Shown here piece after piece: positions 38,268 to 46,871 of a DNA stretch of 64,000 bases. How positions within the stretch are numbered: the first letter of the stretch is position 1; each line of letters opens with the position of its first letter. The stretch is from contig CAZLCD010000001.1 of the NCBI GenBank assembly GCA_964558375.1, forward strand, positions 131,406 through 195,405, read 5' to 3'. Origin of the DNA: an uncultured Candidatus Saccharibacteria bacterium (GTDB lineage Bacteria; Patescibacteriota; Minisyncoccia; Phycocordibacterales; PALSA-1337). A program made the translations under genes and the position numbers. The notes beneath the pieces were generated by a model. That model was not told the DNA's origin. It made no database searches and saw only the letters and a program-made list of their open reading frames with translations.

Positions 38268-38861
38268 ATGACTCAACAAACCTTTATTTTTATAGGACGC
38301 TCAGGTTGCGGTAAAGGTACTCAGGCCAAACTACTTTCAGATTATTTAAAATCAAAAGATCCAGAAAAAGAAGTTCTATATATTCAAAGTGGAGGAGAGT
38401 TTCGTGAATTTATAAAAGGATCTTCTACTACTCAAAAGCTGTCAAAAGATATATATGATGTAGGTGGACTACAACCAGAGTTTTTGGCTGTATATATGTG
38501 GGTCAATGTTTTGGTTAATAAGTATAAAGATGGCGAACATCTAATAATGGATGGCATGCCTCGTAAGTATCATGAAGCGGGAGTACTAGATTCTATTTTT
38601 GATTTTTATAAAATTAAAAATCCGATTGTTATAAATATTGATATAAGCAAAGAATCCTCCATCAATCGTCTACTCGCAAGAAAAAGATACGATGATAATC
38701 GAGAAGACATTGCAGAGCGTCTGTCATGGTATGAAACTGATGTTGTGCCAGCTATGGATTATTATAAAAACAACAAGAATTATAGCTTCTTCGTAATAGA
38801 TGGAGAGAAAGGTATTGAGGCTATTCATCAAGAGATTTTGGAAAAAGCTGGATTGAAATAA
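38268..38861 (+). CDS. adk: Adenylate kinase-family NMP kinase (short LID)
   Basis: GRSGCGKGTQ, DGMPR, R.DD; located after secY. Confidence 0.85.
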   Translation: MTQQTFIFIGRSGCGKGTQAKLLSDYLKSKDPEKEVLYIQSGGEFREFIKGSSTTQKLSKDIYDVGGLQPEFLAVYMWVNVLVNKYKDGEHLIMDGMPRKYHEAGVLDSIFDFYKIKNPIVINIDISKESSINRLLARKRYDDNREDIAERLSWYETDVVPAMDYYKNNKNYSFFVIDGEKGIEAIHQEILEKAGLK

Positions 38862-38862
38862 A

Positions 38863-39633
38863 ATGATTACGATCAAAACTAAGGAGGATATAGCTATACT
38901 TCGTGAAGGGGGTAAGCGCCATGCAGAAATCCTTTTAAAATTAAAAGAGATGGTGAAGCCTGGTGTTTCTGCATCAGAATTAAATGATTATGCTCATAAA
39001 CTTATTTTAAAAAATGGAGATACTCCGGCTTTTCTGAACTATAAACCAAACGGAGCTCGCCGACCTTTTCCTGCTAGCCTTTGTGTCTCTATAAATGACG
39101 AAATAGTTCATGGTATCCCAAACGAGGCTGAAAAGATTTTGAAAGAAGGGGATATAGTGTCTATTGATCTAGGACTTATACATAAAGGTCTTATAACCGA
39201 TGCTGCTATAACCATACCTGTCGGAGTAGTATCTTCAGAACTAACTAAGCTTTTAAATATCACAGAACAAGCTCTCATGGCTGGTATAAAAGCTGCAAAA
39301 GGTGGCAAAAAAACTGGAGATGTAGGAATGGCTATTGAAAGACTTGGTGTATCTGGAGGTTTTGGGATAGTTGAGGAATTGTCTGGACACGGAGTGGGTT
39401 ATAGTGTGCATGAAGATCCGTATGTGCCAAATTATGGCCAAAGTGGAACGGGGATTGTTCTTCGTCCTGGTATGGTTCTTGCTATTGAACCTATTTTTAA
39501 TATTGGATCGAGATATACAATGCTTGATAAAGATGGTTGGACTTACAAGACAAAAGATGGCAAACAAAGCGCGCATTTTGAGCATACTATTTTAATTACC
39601 AAAGGCGATCCAGAGATTTTGACGAGGGTTTAA
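38863..39633 (+). CDS. map: Methionine aminopeptidase type I
   Basis: S.NDEIVHGIP, GDIVSID, GHGVG..VHEDP, AIEP, SAHFEHT. Confidence 0.97.
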   Translation: MITIKTKEDIAILREGGKRHAEILLKLKEMVKPGVSASELNDYAHKLILKNGDTPAFLNYKPNGARRPFPASLCVSINDEIVHGIPNEAEKILKEGDIVSIDLGLIHKGLITDAAITIPVGVVSSELTKLLNITEQALMAGIKAAKGGKKTGDVGMAIERLGVSGGFGIVEELSGHGVGYSVHEDPYVPNYGQSGTGIVLRPGMVLAIEPIFNIGSRYTMLDKDGWTYKTKDGKQSAHFEHTILITKGDPEILTRV

Positions 39634-39647
39634 TGTATAATGTCCTC

Positions 39648-40232
39648 ATGACACATCCAAAAAACGAACAGACTTTAATTATCCTAAAACCAGACAGTAT
39701 TCAAAGAAGTTTAATTGGTGAAATAATCTCTAGATATGAGAGGGTAGGCTTGAAACTTATTGCTATGAAAATGATGGTGCCTACCGCTGAACTTATTGAA
39801 AAGCATTATACTTTGGATCCAGAATGGAGAAGAATTACTGGAGAAAAAACTATAAAAGGATATTTGGATAAAGGACTTGTTCCTCCTACGAATAATCCTC
39901 TAGACATCACAAACATTCTCTTGGGTAGACTCGTTACATATATGACTAGTGGACCTATAATCGCCATGGTGTGGGAAGGTGCTCATGCTGTATCTATTGT
40001 CAGAAAGATTACAGGTGGAACAGAACCCCTTACTTCTGATGTCGGAACTATCAGAGGAGACTTTGTTCTAGACTCATATCAGATGACTGATGCAGATGAT
40101 CGTTGTATTAGAAACCTGGTTCATGCTTCAGGCTCTGTAAAAGAAGCAAAAGACGAGATACGGCACTGGTTCTCTAAAGATGAAATTATGCAGTACAAGC
40201 ACATTCAAGAGATTATACTTTATGATAAATAA
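39648..40232 (+). CDS. ndk: Nucleoside diphosphate kinase
   Basis: EQTLIILKPD, SGP, GTIRGD, NLVHAS. Confidence 0.93.
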   Translation: MTHPKNEQTLIILKPDSIQRSLIGEIISRYERVGLKLIAMKMMVPTAELIEKHYTLDPEWRRITGEKTIKGYLDKGLVPPTNNPLDITNILLGRLVTYMTSGPIIAMVWEGAHAVSIVRKITGGTEPLTSDVGTIRGDFVLDSYQMTDADDRCIRNLVHASGSVKEAKDEIRHWFSKDEIMQYKHIQEIILYDK

Positions 40233-40306
40233 ATAGACGCTAGTCAAAAATAGTGTCTGAAGTCGTATTTGTATTGTTTTTTAAAAATAGAAGAATATAA
40301 TAATAT

Positions 40307-40443
40307 TAGGTTACTAGAGTATTAACTCTATAACTTTTTGTTCGGGAGATCGAGAAGTTTCGCACTTCGTTATGTTGCACCTTGGTGTTATCATTTAGAT
40401 CACCCACCTAGTATTTTACTAGGCTTAATACTCTTGTAACCTA
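40307..40443 (+). ncRNA. Stand-alone structured RNA, probable 6S RNA
   Basis: TATAAT at 40296; closing stem taggttac-t-agagtattaa/ttaatactct-t-gtaaccta; central bubble; inner gggagatc/gatcaccc stem; own terminator. Confidence 0.65.
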
Positions 40444-40448
40444 CAAAG

Positions 40449-40473
40449 GACATCTGATATTCAGGTGTTTTTT
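40449..40473 (+). terminator. Intrinsic terminator
   Basis: gacatctga-tat-tcaggtgtt followed by a T-run. Confidence 0.7.
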
Positions 40474-40522
40474 GTTGGGCAGAAAAGTTTTTTAAGTATA
40501 TAATGATTAGGAATAACTAAAT

Positions 40523-40879
40523 ATGTATAGACCAAAACTAGCTATCTTCACCTTAATACTACTGGCAATCTTTCTCTATATACACTTAGAGGCTATGGCT
40601 TTTCATTGGTATTTGCGATTCCCGTCTCTCGATCTCATAACTCACTATATGGGTGGGGTAGTGATCGCTCTTTCTACTTTTTATGTATTGAGAAAGACAA
40701 AACACATTGTACTTATATCTATCCTTGGTGGCATCGCCTGGGAAATATTTGAAGTATATTTTGAGATCACTGGTTGGCCAATACATTCTCTAGATTATAA
40801 AATAGACACTTTTATAGATATGATTATGGATACCTTGGGTGCATTGAGTGTCTGGTATTTCCTTAAAATTAAAAAATAA
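40523..40879 (+). CDS. Small integral membrane protein
   Basis: Four TMs with D...H..GG, WE.FE and DT..D...D..G motifs. Confidence 0.75.
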   Translation: MYRPKLAIFTLILLAIFLYIHLEAMAFHWYLRFPSLDLITHYMGGVVIALSTFYVLRKTKHIVLISILGGIAWEIFEVYFEITGWPIHSLDYKIDTFIDMIMDTLGALSVWYFLKIKK

Positions 40880-40880
40880 T

Positions 40881-42251
40881 ATGAGCGCATACGTAACATT
40901 TTATAGTGGTGTAGGAAGTGTAACTGGTGCCAATTTTCTTTTGGAATTGGGATCAAAGAAAATTTTAATTGATTGTGGTTTGATACAGGGTGAGAAGACG
41001 GCACAACTAGAGAATCGTAATGATTTTGAATATGATCCAAAAAGTATCGATATGCTTTTTGTTACTCATGCACATCTTGACCATGTCGGTCGTATAGGCA
41101 AGCTTGTAAAGGATGGTTTTAATGGAGTTATATATTCTACCCCAGAAACCTTGGCTCTAGCTGAACTTATTCTTGAAGATGCTGTAGGACTTCTACAAAA
41201 AGAAGCAATGAATGAAGGTCTGACACCGATATATGAACTTGCCGATATGCAGAAAGCTATCAATCTCTGGAAGACTATCCCATATCATACAGAAACAACT
41301 TTCGATTCTGGAATCGGAGGTGGATTCTCGGTCTATCTGAAGGATGCCGGACATATTCTCGGCTCTTCCATTATTCAATTCACCTTCGAAAATAAAAAAA
41401 TAGTTTTTACTGGAGACTTGGGCAACAGCCCAACACCTCTTTTAAGAGATACAGAATCTATTACTGGTGCAGATTATGTGATCATGGAAAGTGTATACGG
41501 AGATCGCAATCATGAATCAAAAGATCAGAGAAGGAAAAAGCTCGAAGAGATTATAAAAGACACGATCAATAAAAAGGGAACATTGATAATCCCAGCTTTT
41601 TCTCTAGAAAGAACCCAAGTCATTCTTTATGAAATTAATAATCTTGTAGAGTCAAAGGTTATACCTGTAATACCGGTCTATGTAGATTCTCCTTTGGCCA
41701 CAAAAGTTACCGATGTATACAAAAGCAGTACGCATCTTTTTAATGAACGTACACAGGCTGAGATACGGGGCGGGGATGATATCTTTAATTTTCCAAAACT
41801 ATCCTTTACTGTCGATGTAGATTCTTCTCGTGCCATCGATCATGCTTCATCTCCGAAGATAATTGTGGCTGGTTCTGGTATGTCTGTAGGTGGAAGGGTT
41901 CTTCATCATGAAGAGGTCTATCTCTCAGATCCCAAGAATACTATTCTCTTGGTTGGATATCAAACCATCGGTTCGGTCGGTCGTCACTTACTTAACGGAG
42001 AAAAGAGAGTAATAATTCACAAAAATGAAATTAAAGTCGCTGCAAAAATAGAGTCTATACTAGGCTATTCGTCTCACAAAGACTCTGATCGTCTTGTAGA
42101 ATTTGTAGAGACTACTCACAGTACTGTGAAGAAGATTTTTGTGGCGATGGGGGAGCCGAAAGCCTCTCTTTTCCTTGCACAAAAAATCCGAGATAATCTC
42201 GGACTTAATGCTCTGTACCCAGAGAGGCTTGTGAAATACAAGCTCGACTAG
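40881..42251 (+). CDS. MBL/beta-CASP RNA-processing nuclease (YSH1-like)
   Basis: THAHLDH, AGHILGS, TGD, ESVYG.R.H, PAF, GSGM..GGR, SSH.D. Confidence 0.92.
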   Translation: MSAYVTFYSGVGSVTGANFLLELGSKKILIDCGLIQGEKTAQLENRNDFEYDPKSIDMLFVTHAHLDHVGRIGKLVKDGFNGVIYSTPETLALAELILEDAVGLLQKEAMNEGLTPIYELADMQKAINLWKTIPYHTETTFDSGIGGGFSVYLKDAGHILGSSIIQFTFENKKIVFTGDLGNSPTPLLRDTESITGADYVIMESVYGDRNHESKDQRRKKLEEIIKDTINKKGTLIIPAFSLERTQVILYEINNLVESKVIPVIPVYVDSPLATKVTDVYKSSTHLFNERTQAEIRGGDDIFNFPKLSFTVDVDSSRAIDHASSPKIIVAGSGMSVGGRVLHHEEVYLSDPKNTILLVGYQTIGSVGRHLLNGEKRVIIHKNEIKVAAKIESILGYSSHKDSDRLVEFVETTHSTVKKIFVAMGEPKASLFLAQKIRDNLGLNALYPERLVKYKLD

Positions 42252-42263
42252 CTTAGTCTTGGC

Positions 42264-42614
42264 TTAATTTACCTTCTTTACTATTGTTTCAAAAACCTTA
42301 GGGTTTTCGTTTGCAAGGGTAGAAAGGATTTTTCTGTCGATGGCAATGTTAGCCTTCTTTAAGTTTCCAATAAACTTGCTATAAGAATATTTTGCATCGA
42401 TGTTTCTTAGGGCAGCATTGATTCTTACATTCCAAAGTTTTCTGAAATCTCCTTTCTTGTCTCTTCTGTGTGCGAAAGCATATGCTCCAGCATGAGAGAT
42501 GGCTTCGTAAGCTGTACGTTCCTTTGTACTACGATTAAAACGATAGCCTTTTACTTGGCTTAATATATTTCTTCTTGTTTTTAACGCATTTACTGCTTTC
42601 TTTACTCTTGTCAT
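42264..42614 (-). CDS. rplT: 50S ribosomal protein L20
   Basis: MTRVK, FRKLW..RINAA, DRKILS.LA. Confidence 0.97.
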   Translation of the reverse strand: MTRVKKAVNALKTRRNILSQVKGYRFNRSTKERTAYEAISHAGAYAFAHRRDKKGDFRKLWNVRINAALRNIDAKYSYSKFIGNLKKANIAIDRKILSTLANENPKVFETIVKKVN

Positions 42615-42639
42615 GGTATTTTGGTTATTACTTTACTTA

Positions 42640-42825
42640 TTATGCATTTATTAAAAATCTACTCTTCTCCTTTGCGGTCATATGAAAAGGCATTGAGCGT
42701 TTCTTGGCTAGCTGTGAACGACGGCTCTCTTTTGAATTGAAATGGTTTTGACCCTTTGAACGAGCAAGAATCTTACCGTTCTTTGTAACTTTAAGTCTTT
42801 TTAAATATGATTTATTTGTTTTCAT
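42640..42825 (-). CDS. rpmI: 50S ribosomal protein L35
   Basis: KT.K...KR.KVT..GK; lies between infC and rplT. Confidence 0.93.
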   Translation of the reverse strand: MKTNKSYLKRLKVTKNGKILARSKGQNHFNSKESRRSQLAKKRSMPFHMTAKEKSRFLINA

Positions 42826-42829
42826 TTTA

Positions 42830-43345
42830 TTATTTTGCTTTTTCTATTATCGCCGTCAACCCCTTCAATCCCTTTACAGGAGGACTTACGACTTTGTATT
42901 CAGTGGTGATCAATCTGAACACTCTCTCCATTCTTTCTTTAAGAAAGTTGATATCCATATACTTTGACCTACCCACTAGATATAGATCAATCTTCACTCG
43001 ATTGCCGTCTTTAAGCCATTCTGAAGCCTTTTTAGCCTTTAATTCGAGATCATGGTCTCCTGTACCCACCTTTATTTGAATATTCTTCAATTCGGAGGTT
43101 TGGGTACGAGATTTTGCTACCTTTTGCTTTTTCTTTTCGTCATATTGAAATTTACCATAATCCATGATTTTTGCAACTGGTGGAGTGGCATTTGGGGATA
43201 TTTCAATAAGATCAAGGCTTCTGGCCTGGGCTTGCTTTATAGCCTCTGCAAGTGTAATAACTCCGAGGTTCTCTCCCTCATCCGTGATGACACGCAATTC
43301 TGGTGCTTTTATGAAGTTATTGATACGTACGCGTAGAGTGCTCAA
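42830..43345 (-). CDS. infC: Translation initiation factor IF-3 (non-AUG, TTG start)
   Basis: RIN..I, DLIEISP.A.PPVAKIMDYGKF.Y; no in-frame ATG start, consistent with IF-3 autoregulation. Confidence 0.95.
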   Translation of the reverse strand: MSTLRVRINNFIKAPELRVITDEGENLGVITLAEAIKQAQARSLDLIEISPNATPPVAKIMDYGKFQYDEKKKQKVAKSRTQTSELKNIQIKVGTGDHDLELKAKKASEWLKDGNRVKIDLYLVGRSKYMDINFLKERMERVFRLITTEYKVVSPPVKGLKGLTAIIEKAK

Positions 43346-43397
43346 AGTCTTTGTTTAGAGGCTATTTATAGCATTGTTTTGGATAAATCGCAAATCT

Positions 43398-44477
43398 TTA
43401 TAGAAAATCTCTAAGTAGCCTAATAAAAAACTCAGCCACCTTTTCGATCCAGTATCTATCTTTCCAACCTTGCCCTGTAATCTCCACGGAACTTTTTAAG
43501 TCATTGTTGAAATGATTTAATAATTCATCAGTAAAGTTTTTGTTACTAGTGACTAGGTTTGCTTCAAAATTGTAGAGCAAACTGATGGTGTCGAGGTTCA
43601 ATGTACCAACACTTGCCCAGTCGTCATCAATCACCATGGTCTTGCTATGCAACATTCGACCTTCATATAGATATATTTTTATTCCAGACTGTAACATCTT
43701 TGCAAAAAAAGATCTGCCACATATGTCCACGATAGGATAGTCGGTTGATTGTGGAATAATGATTTTTATATCTACTCCACGATGTGCTGCTAGTCTCAAA
43801 ACTCGGAGGAGACGTCTGGTCGGAACAAAATATGGTGTAGTGATATAAATATTTTTCTTTGCATTGCGTATAGCCTCAACTACATGATTGTAAAGTCGAC
43901 GATTTCTCGGTAGGGGATTGTTGGTAATGTATTTGAATTCATGATCACTATGTTCTTCCTTTTTAATTCGAGCCAACTTTTTTCTAGAGGCTCTATCCCA
44001 CATTCTTTCAAAAGCGTTTTGCATATCTTTCACTACTGGACCTTTTACGCTAACAAGCGTGTCTCGCCAATTTATCATTTTATCTGAAACACAAATACTT
44101 CCTGTAAAGGCAATCACCCCATCTATAACCAAAGTTCTTCGGTGATTGCGGAAATACCAACTTTTATAATTGTGAATTTCAAAAAAATTAGGAAGAAGGG
44201 TTTTGAAGAAAATTAATTCTATGCCTTTACTCTTTAAATCTTCCACTATCGATGAACCAAAAAAGGTAAAGCTCCCAGCAGCATCCCAGATAAACCTAAC
44301 CTTAACACCTTGTGAAGCTTTTCTGGCACAGACTTCTATAAAACGCTTGCCTATATCGTCGGTTACAAAGATAAACTGCTCAAGATCTATGCTTTTTTCT
44401 GCAGATTCACAAGCTGTAAGCATTGCTTCAAAGCCCTCTTCGTTTTCGGTATATAACTTCCAATAAGTTTCTTTCAT
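43398..44477 (-). CDS. Phospholipase D-family cardiolipin synthase (ClsB-like)
   Basis: RNHRRTLVIDG and LHSKTMVIDD motifs, WRDT, TPYFVP, N.D..S...NFE. Confidence 0.88.
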   Translation of the reverse strand: MKETYWKLYTENEEGFEAMLTACESAEKSIDLEQFIFVTDDIGKRFIEVCARKASQGVKVRFIWDAAGSFTFFGSSIVEDLKSKGIELIFFKTLLPNFFEIHNYKSWYFRNHRRTLVIDGVIAFTGSICVSDKMINWRDTLVSVKGPVVKDMQNAFERMWDRASRKKLARIKKEEHSDHEFKYITNNPLPRNRRLYNHVVEAIRNAKKNIYITTPYFVPTRRLLRVLRLAAHRGVDIKIIIPQSTDYPIVDICGRSFFAKMLQSGIKIYLYEGRMLHSKTMVIDDDWASVGTLNLDTISLLYNFEANLVTSNKNFTDELLNHFNNDLKSSVEITGQGWKDRYWIEKVAEFFIRLLRDFL

Positions 44478-44498
44478 TGACTGTAGTATAATACATCT

Positions 44499-44621
44499 AT
44501 GGAAAATATTACACTTATAATCGCAGCGGCCATTTTCGGATTTTTATTTTTTGGACCTCATACAAAATCTGCAAAACCGAAGGATGATAAAAAAGGCGGA
44601 GGAAAAGATGCAAAGAAATAA
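44499..44621 (+). CDS. 40-aa small membrane protein
   Basis: MENITLIIAAAIFGFLFFGPHTKSAKPKDDKKGGGKDAKK; TATAAT 6 nt upstream of the ATG. Confidence 0.65.
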   Translation: MENITLIIAAAIFGFLFFGPHTKSAKPKDDKKGGGKDAKK

Positions 44622-44750
44622 ATTTAAATTAATTTAAAAAAAAGTTATACACTTTTTATTTTATTTTTTTCACTAATTTTATTTATTTAGTGTTACACTA
44701 TAGTGAGTGGTCGATCAAATACTTTTAATATAAAAAATATTTTCACTCAT

Positions 44751-44846
44751 ATGGCAAAAGCAAAAAAGAAAGTTACAAAGAAGTCTTCAAGAAAAGTTTC
44801 AAAGAAGACAAAGAAAAGCAAAAAGAGCACAAAGCGATCAAGATAG
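44751..44846 (+). CDS. 31-aa highly basic peptide
   Basis: MAKAKKKVTKKSSRKVSKKTKKSKKSTKRSR; TGtTACACT upstream and a terminator downstream. Confidence 0.7.
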   Translation: MAKAKKKVTKKSSRKVSKKTKKSKKSTKRSR

Positions 44847-44881
44847 TTTTTGCGAAAGTTTTTACAAATAAAATTGTAAAC

Positions 44882-44909
44882 AAAAAGCATCTCGAAAGAG
44901 GTGTTTTTT
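44882..44909 (+). terminator. Intrinsic terminator
   Basis: aaaaagcatctc-GAAA-gaggtgtttttt. Confidence 0.8.
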
Positions 44910-44915
44910 GATTAT

Positions 44916-44970
44916 AAAAAAGAAAAGACCCTCGCGTGAGAAGTCCGTGAGGGCTTTTCATGAGAGGGTC
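44916..44970 (-). terminator. 20-bp hairpin downstream of orphan gene 44981..45394
   Basis: gaccctc...gagggtc with an A-run on its left (U-tract on the minus strand). Confidence 0.6.
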
Positions 44971-44980
44971 GTAAATACTC

Positions 44981-45394
44981 CTAATCTTGCGTGGGATTTT
45001 GTTGAAGTTCAGGTTTGTTTGCAGACTCGAGTTTTCTCAGAAACTCGCGAAGGAAACACCTACCTACATTTGTTGCCAGCCACTGTACGGTAGCAGCCAC
45101 AATACGGGTATCCCTTGTGGAAAACTTTCTGTTGTAGCGGTGAAGGCCTTTGGTAAGTGCTAATCGTGATACCTTACCACACTCTTCTGTGCATTCATGC
45201 AAGATCTGATCTAAAGGAACCAGGCCAAAGTTTATTAATGGGTCCCTTACATTTTCTTGGGCCCATAAATGGACCATAATATGTTCAGCATCTTTTCTTC
45301 TATTTTTTTCTTTAATTTCCTTAAGACGATGTAATGCATTTGGCATAGTCACCCCTTCAGGAGACTCCGACTTTTTACCTGTTTTTCTTTTCAT
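44981..45394 (-). CDS. Orphan hypothetical protein
   Basis: 137 aa; TTGACA-17-TATGCT promoter; AATVQWLATNVGRCFL segment looks motif-like. Confidence 0.7.
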   Translation of the reverse strand: MKRKTGKKSESPEGVTMPNALHRLKEIKEKNRRKDAEHIMVHLWAQENVRDPLINFGLVPLDQILHECTEECGKVSRLALTKGLHRYNRKFSTRDTRIVAATVQWLATNVGRCFLREFLRKLESANKPELQQNPTQD

Positions 45395-45488
45395 AATTTC
45401 CGTATTTGTTTTTGTTGTGTCTGGTATTGCCCAGCGTTGTTCAAGCTGCGGGTAGCATATGATTTAACTTGGCTACTGTCAAATTTTG

Positions 45489-45906
45489 TGGAGATGGGCG
45501 GAATCGAACCGCCGTGCAAATGAAGTTTCATAATACTTCTACATTGTATAGATTACTTTAGCGAGACAAGCCTTGCGACCTATCTCTTTTAACTTATACA
45601 CTTTAAAATAAACAAAATATATATAAGCGATTCCCCAAGTTTCAAACTAGAGACAGGGAAGAGTCAGTAGTTCTATGTCTAATTTATATCACCCCAACAT
45701 TGAACTAGACAAAATCAATGTGGAATGTCGCTTAAGCCGTAGCTAGAGCGAAAGTGAAATCTCGTGATCCAAAATATGGAGACACAGCAGACTTTACTTT
45801 TGTAAGTGCTGATTCAGCATTTAACATTTTCTATAAGTTTAAAGAGTTTATAGAGCTCTACAATGCATAGTATGAAATACCTCAAATGTCGAGGCCTTTC
45901 ATCCCC
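45489..45906 (-). ncRNA. ssrA: tmRNA
   Basis: 5' GGGGATGAAAGGCCTCGAC; 3' GGCGGTTCGATTCCGCCCATCTCCA; tag ORF 45818-45732 ending ALATA; immediately downstream of smpB. Confidence 0.95.
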
Positions 45907-45918
45907 ATGTTTAATTTT

Positions 45919-46371
45919 TCAACGATCCTTAAATTCTCTTCGAATATCACGGTTCACATCGCGCTTCTTTATATCTTCACGCTTATCGTACTTTTTCTTA
46001 CCGCGTACCACAGCGATCTGAACCTTGATTTTCGTGCCTTTACTATACACTGAAATAGGAGCTATTGTCAAACCCTTCTTCGCCTCAAGAGAAGCGAGCT
46101 GCTGAACCTCACTCTTTTTTAAAAGAAGCTTACGATTCCTTTTTTGATTGTAATCTTGCGGAGTATTGTTCATCTGGAAAGGGGGGATATCTAGAGCAAT
46201 AATAAAGGCTTCTCCTCCGCGCACGGTCACATGCGCTCCTAGAAGGGAGCCCTGTTTATTACGAAGACTCTTTACTTCGAAACCCAGAAGTTCGATACCT
46301 GCTTCAAAAGACTCGAGTATCTCATAGTCTAGGTTTATCTTTTTATTATAAATAAGGGATTCAGAAGGCAT
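45919..46371 (-). CDS. smpB: SsrA-binding protein
   Basis: EAGIELLGFEVKSLR, RKLLL.K.E, GKKKYDKRE. Confidence 0.97.
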   Translation of the reverse strand: MPSESLIYNKKINLDYEILESFEAGIELLGFEVKSLRNKQGSLLGAHVTVRGGEAFIIALDIPPFQMNNTPQDYNQKRNRKLLLKKSEVQQLASLEAKKGLTIAPISVYSKGTKIKVQIAVVRGKKKYDKREDIKKRDVNRDIRREFKDR

Positions 46372-46460
46372 GAAAATATCATAGCATTCTTTGACTTATT
46401 GTAAAAGAAATGGTAATTTAAAAAATAGCTGTTGTCCAAAACCTCGAACCCATTGAAATT

Positions 46461-46787
46461 ATGAATCAAACACACATGTACATTATTTGTGTAGTGGTTG
46501 TTGTTCTGTTCGTCTGTTACAGACTGTACAGAAAATCAAAAAGAACTTGTCCATCTTGCGGTGGCTGGCTTCTTTACAGACGCAAGCACAATGTAGAAAA
46601 GTTCGGACTAGATGTTAATGGGTATACCATTAGGTGTACAACTGAAGGTACCTGTCACAATCCCCGATGTCTTTTTTACAACATTAGTTTTCCAGAACTT
46701 GGCTCCTACTGCAAATTCATTAGTTATTGTAAGTGGTGGCCACCGTCAAATATATTAAGACACATTCGCTTTCGTAAATTTTTGTAG
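46461..46787 (+). CDS. Orphan membrane-anchored Cys-containing (Zn-ribbon-like) protein
   Basis: TM then CPSC...CHNPRC; TTGACT-17-TAATTT promoter; terminator at 46795-46825. Confidence 0.65.
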   Translation: MNQTHMYIICVVVVVLFVCYRLYRKSKRTCPSCGGWLLYRRKHNVEKFGLDVNGYTIRCTTEGTCHNPRCLFYNISFPELGSYCKFISYCKWWPPSNILRHIRFRKFL

Positions 46788-46794
46788 TCGCACA

Positions 46795-46825
46795 CCCTCC
46801 CGCTTCGGCCGGAGGGAATTTTTTT
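46795..46825 (+). terminator. Intrinsic terminator
   Basis: ccctcc-cgcTTCGgcc-ggaggg followed by aattttttt. Confidence 0.7.
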
Positions 46826-46871
46826 ATTATTTTTCTTCCATTTATCCAAATTTTAAGTATAATCAATATCT

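Noticed and set aside
44499-44621. TatA assignment for the 40-aa peptide
   Set aside because: It has the FG hinge but no amphipathic helix, and no tatC is nearby.
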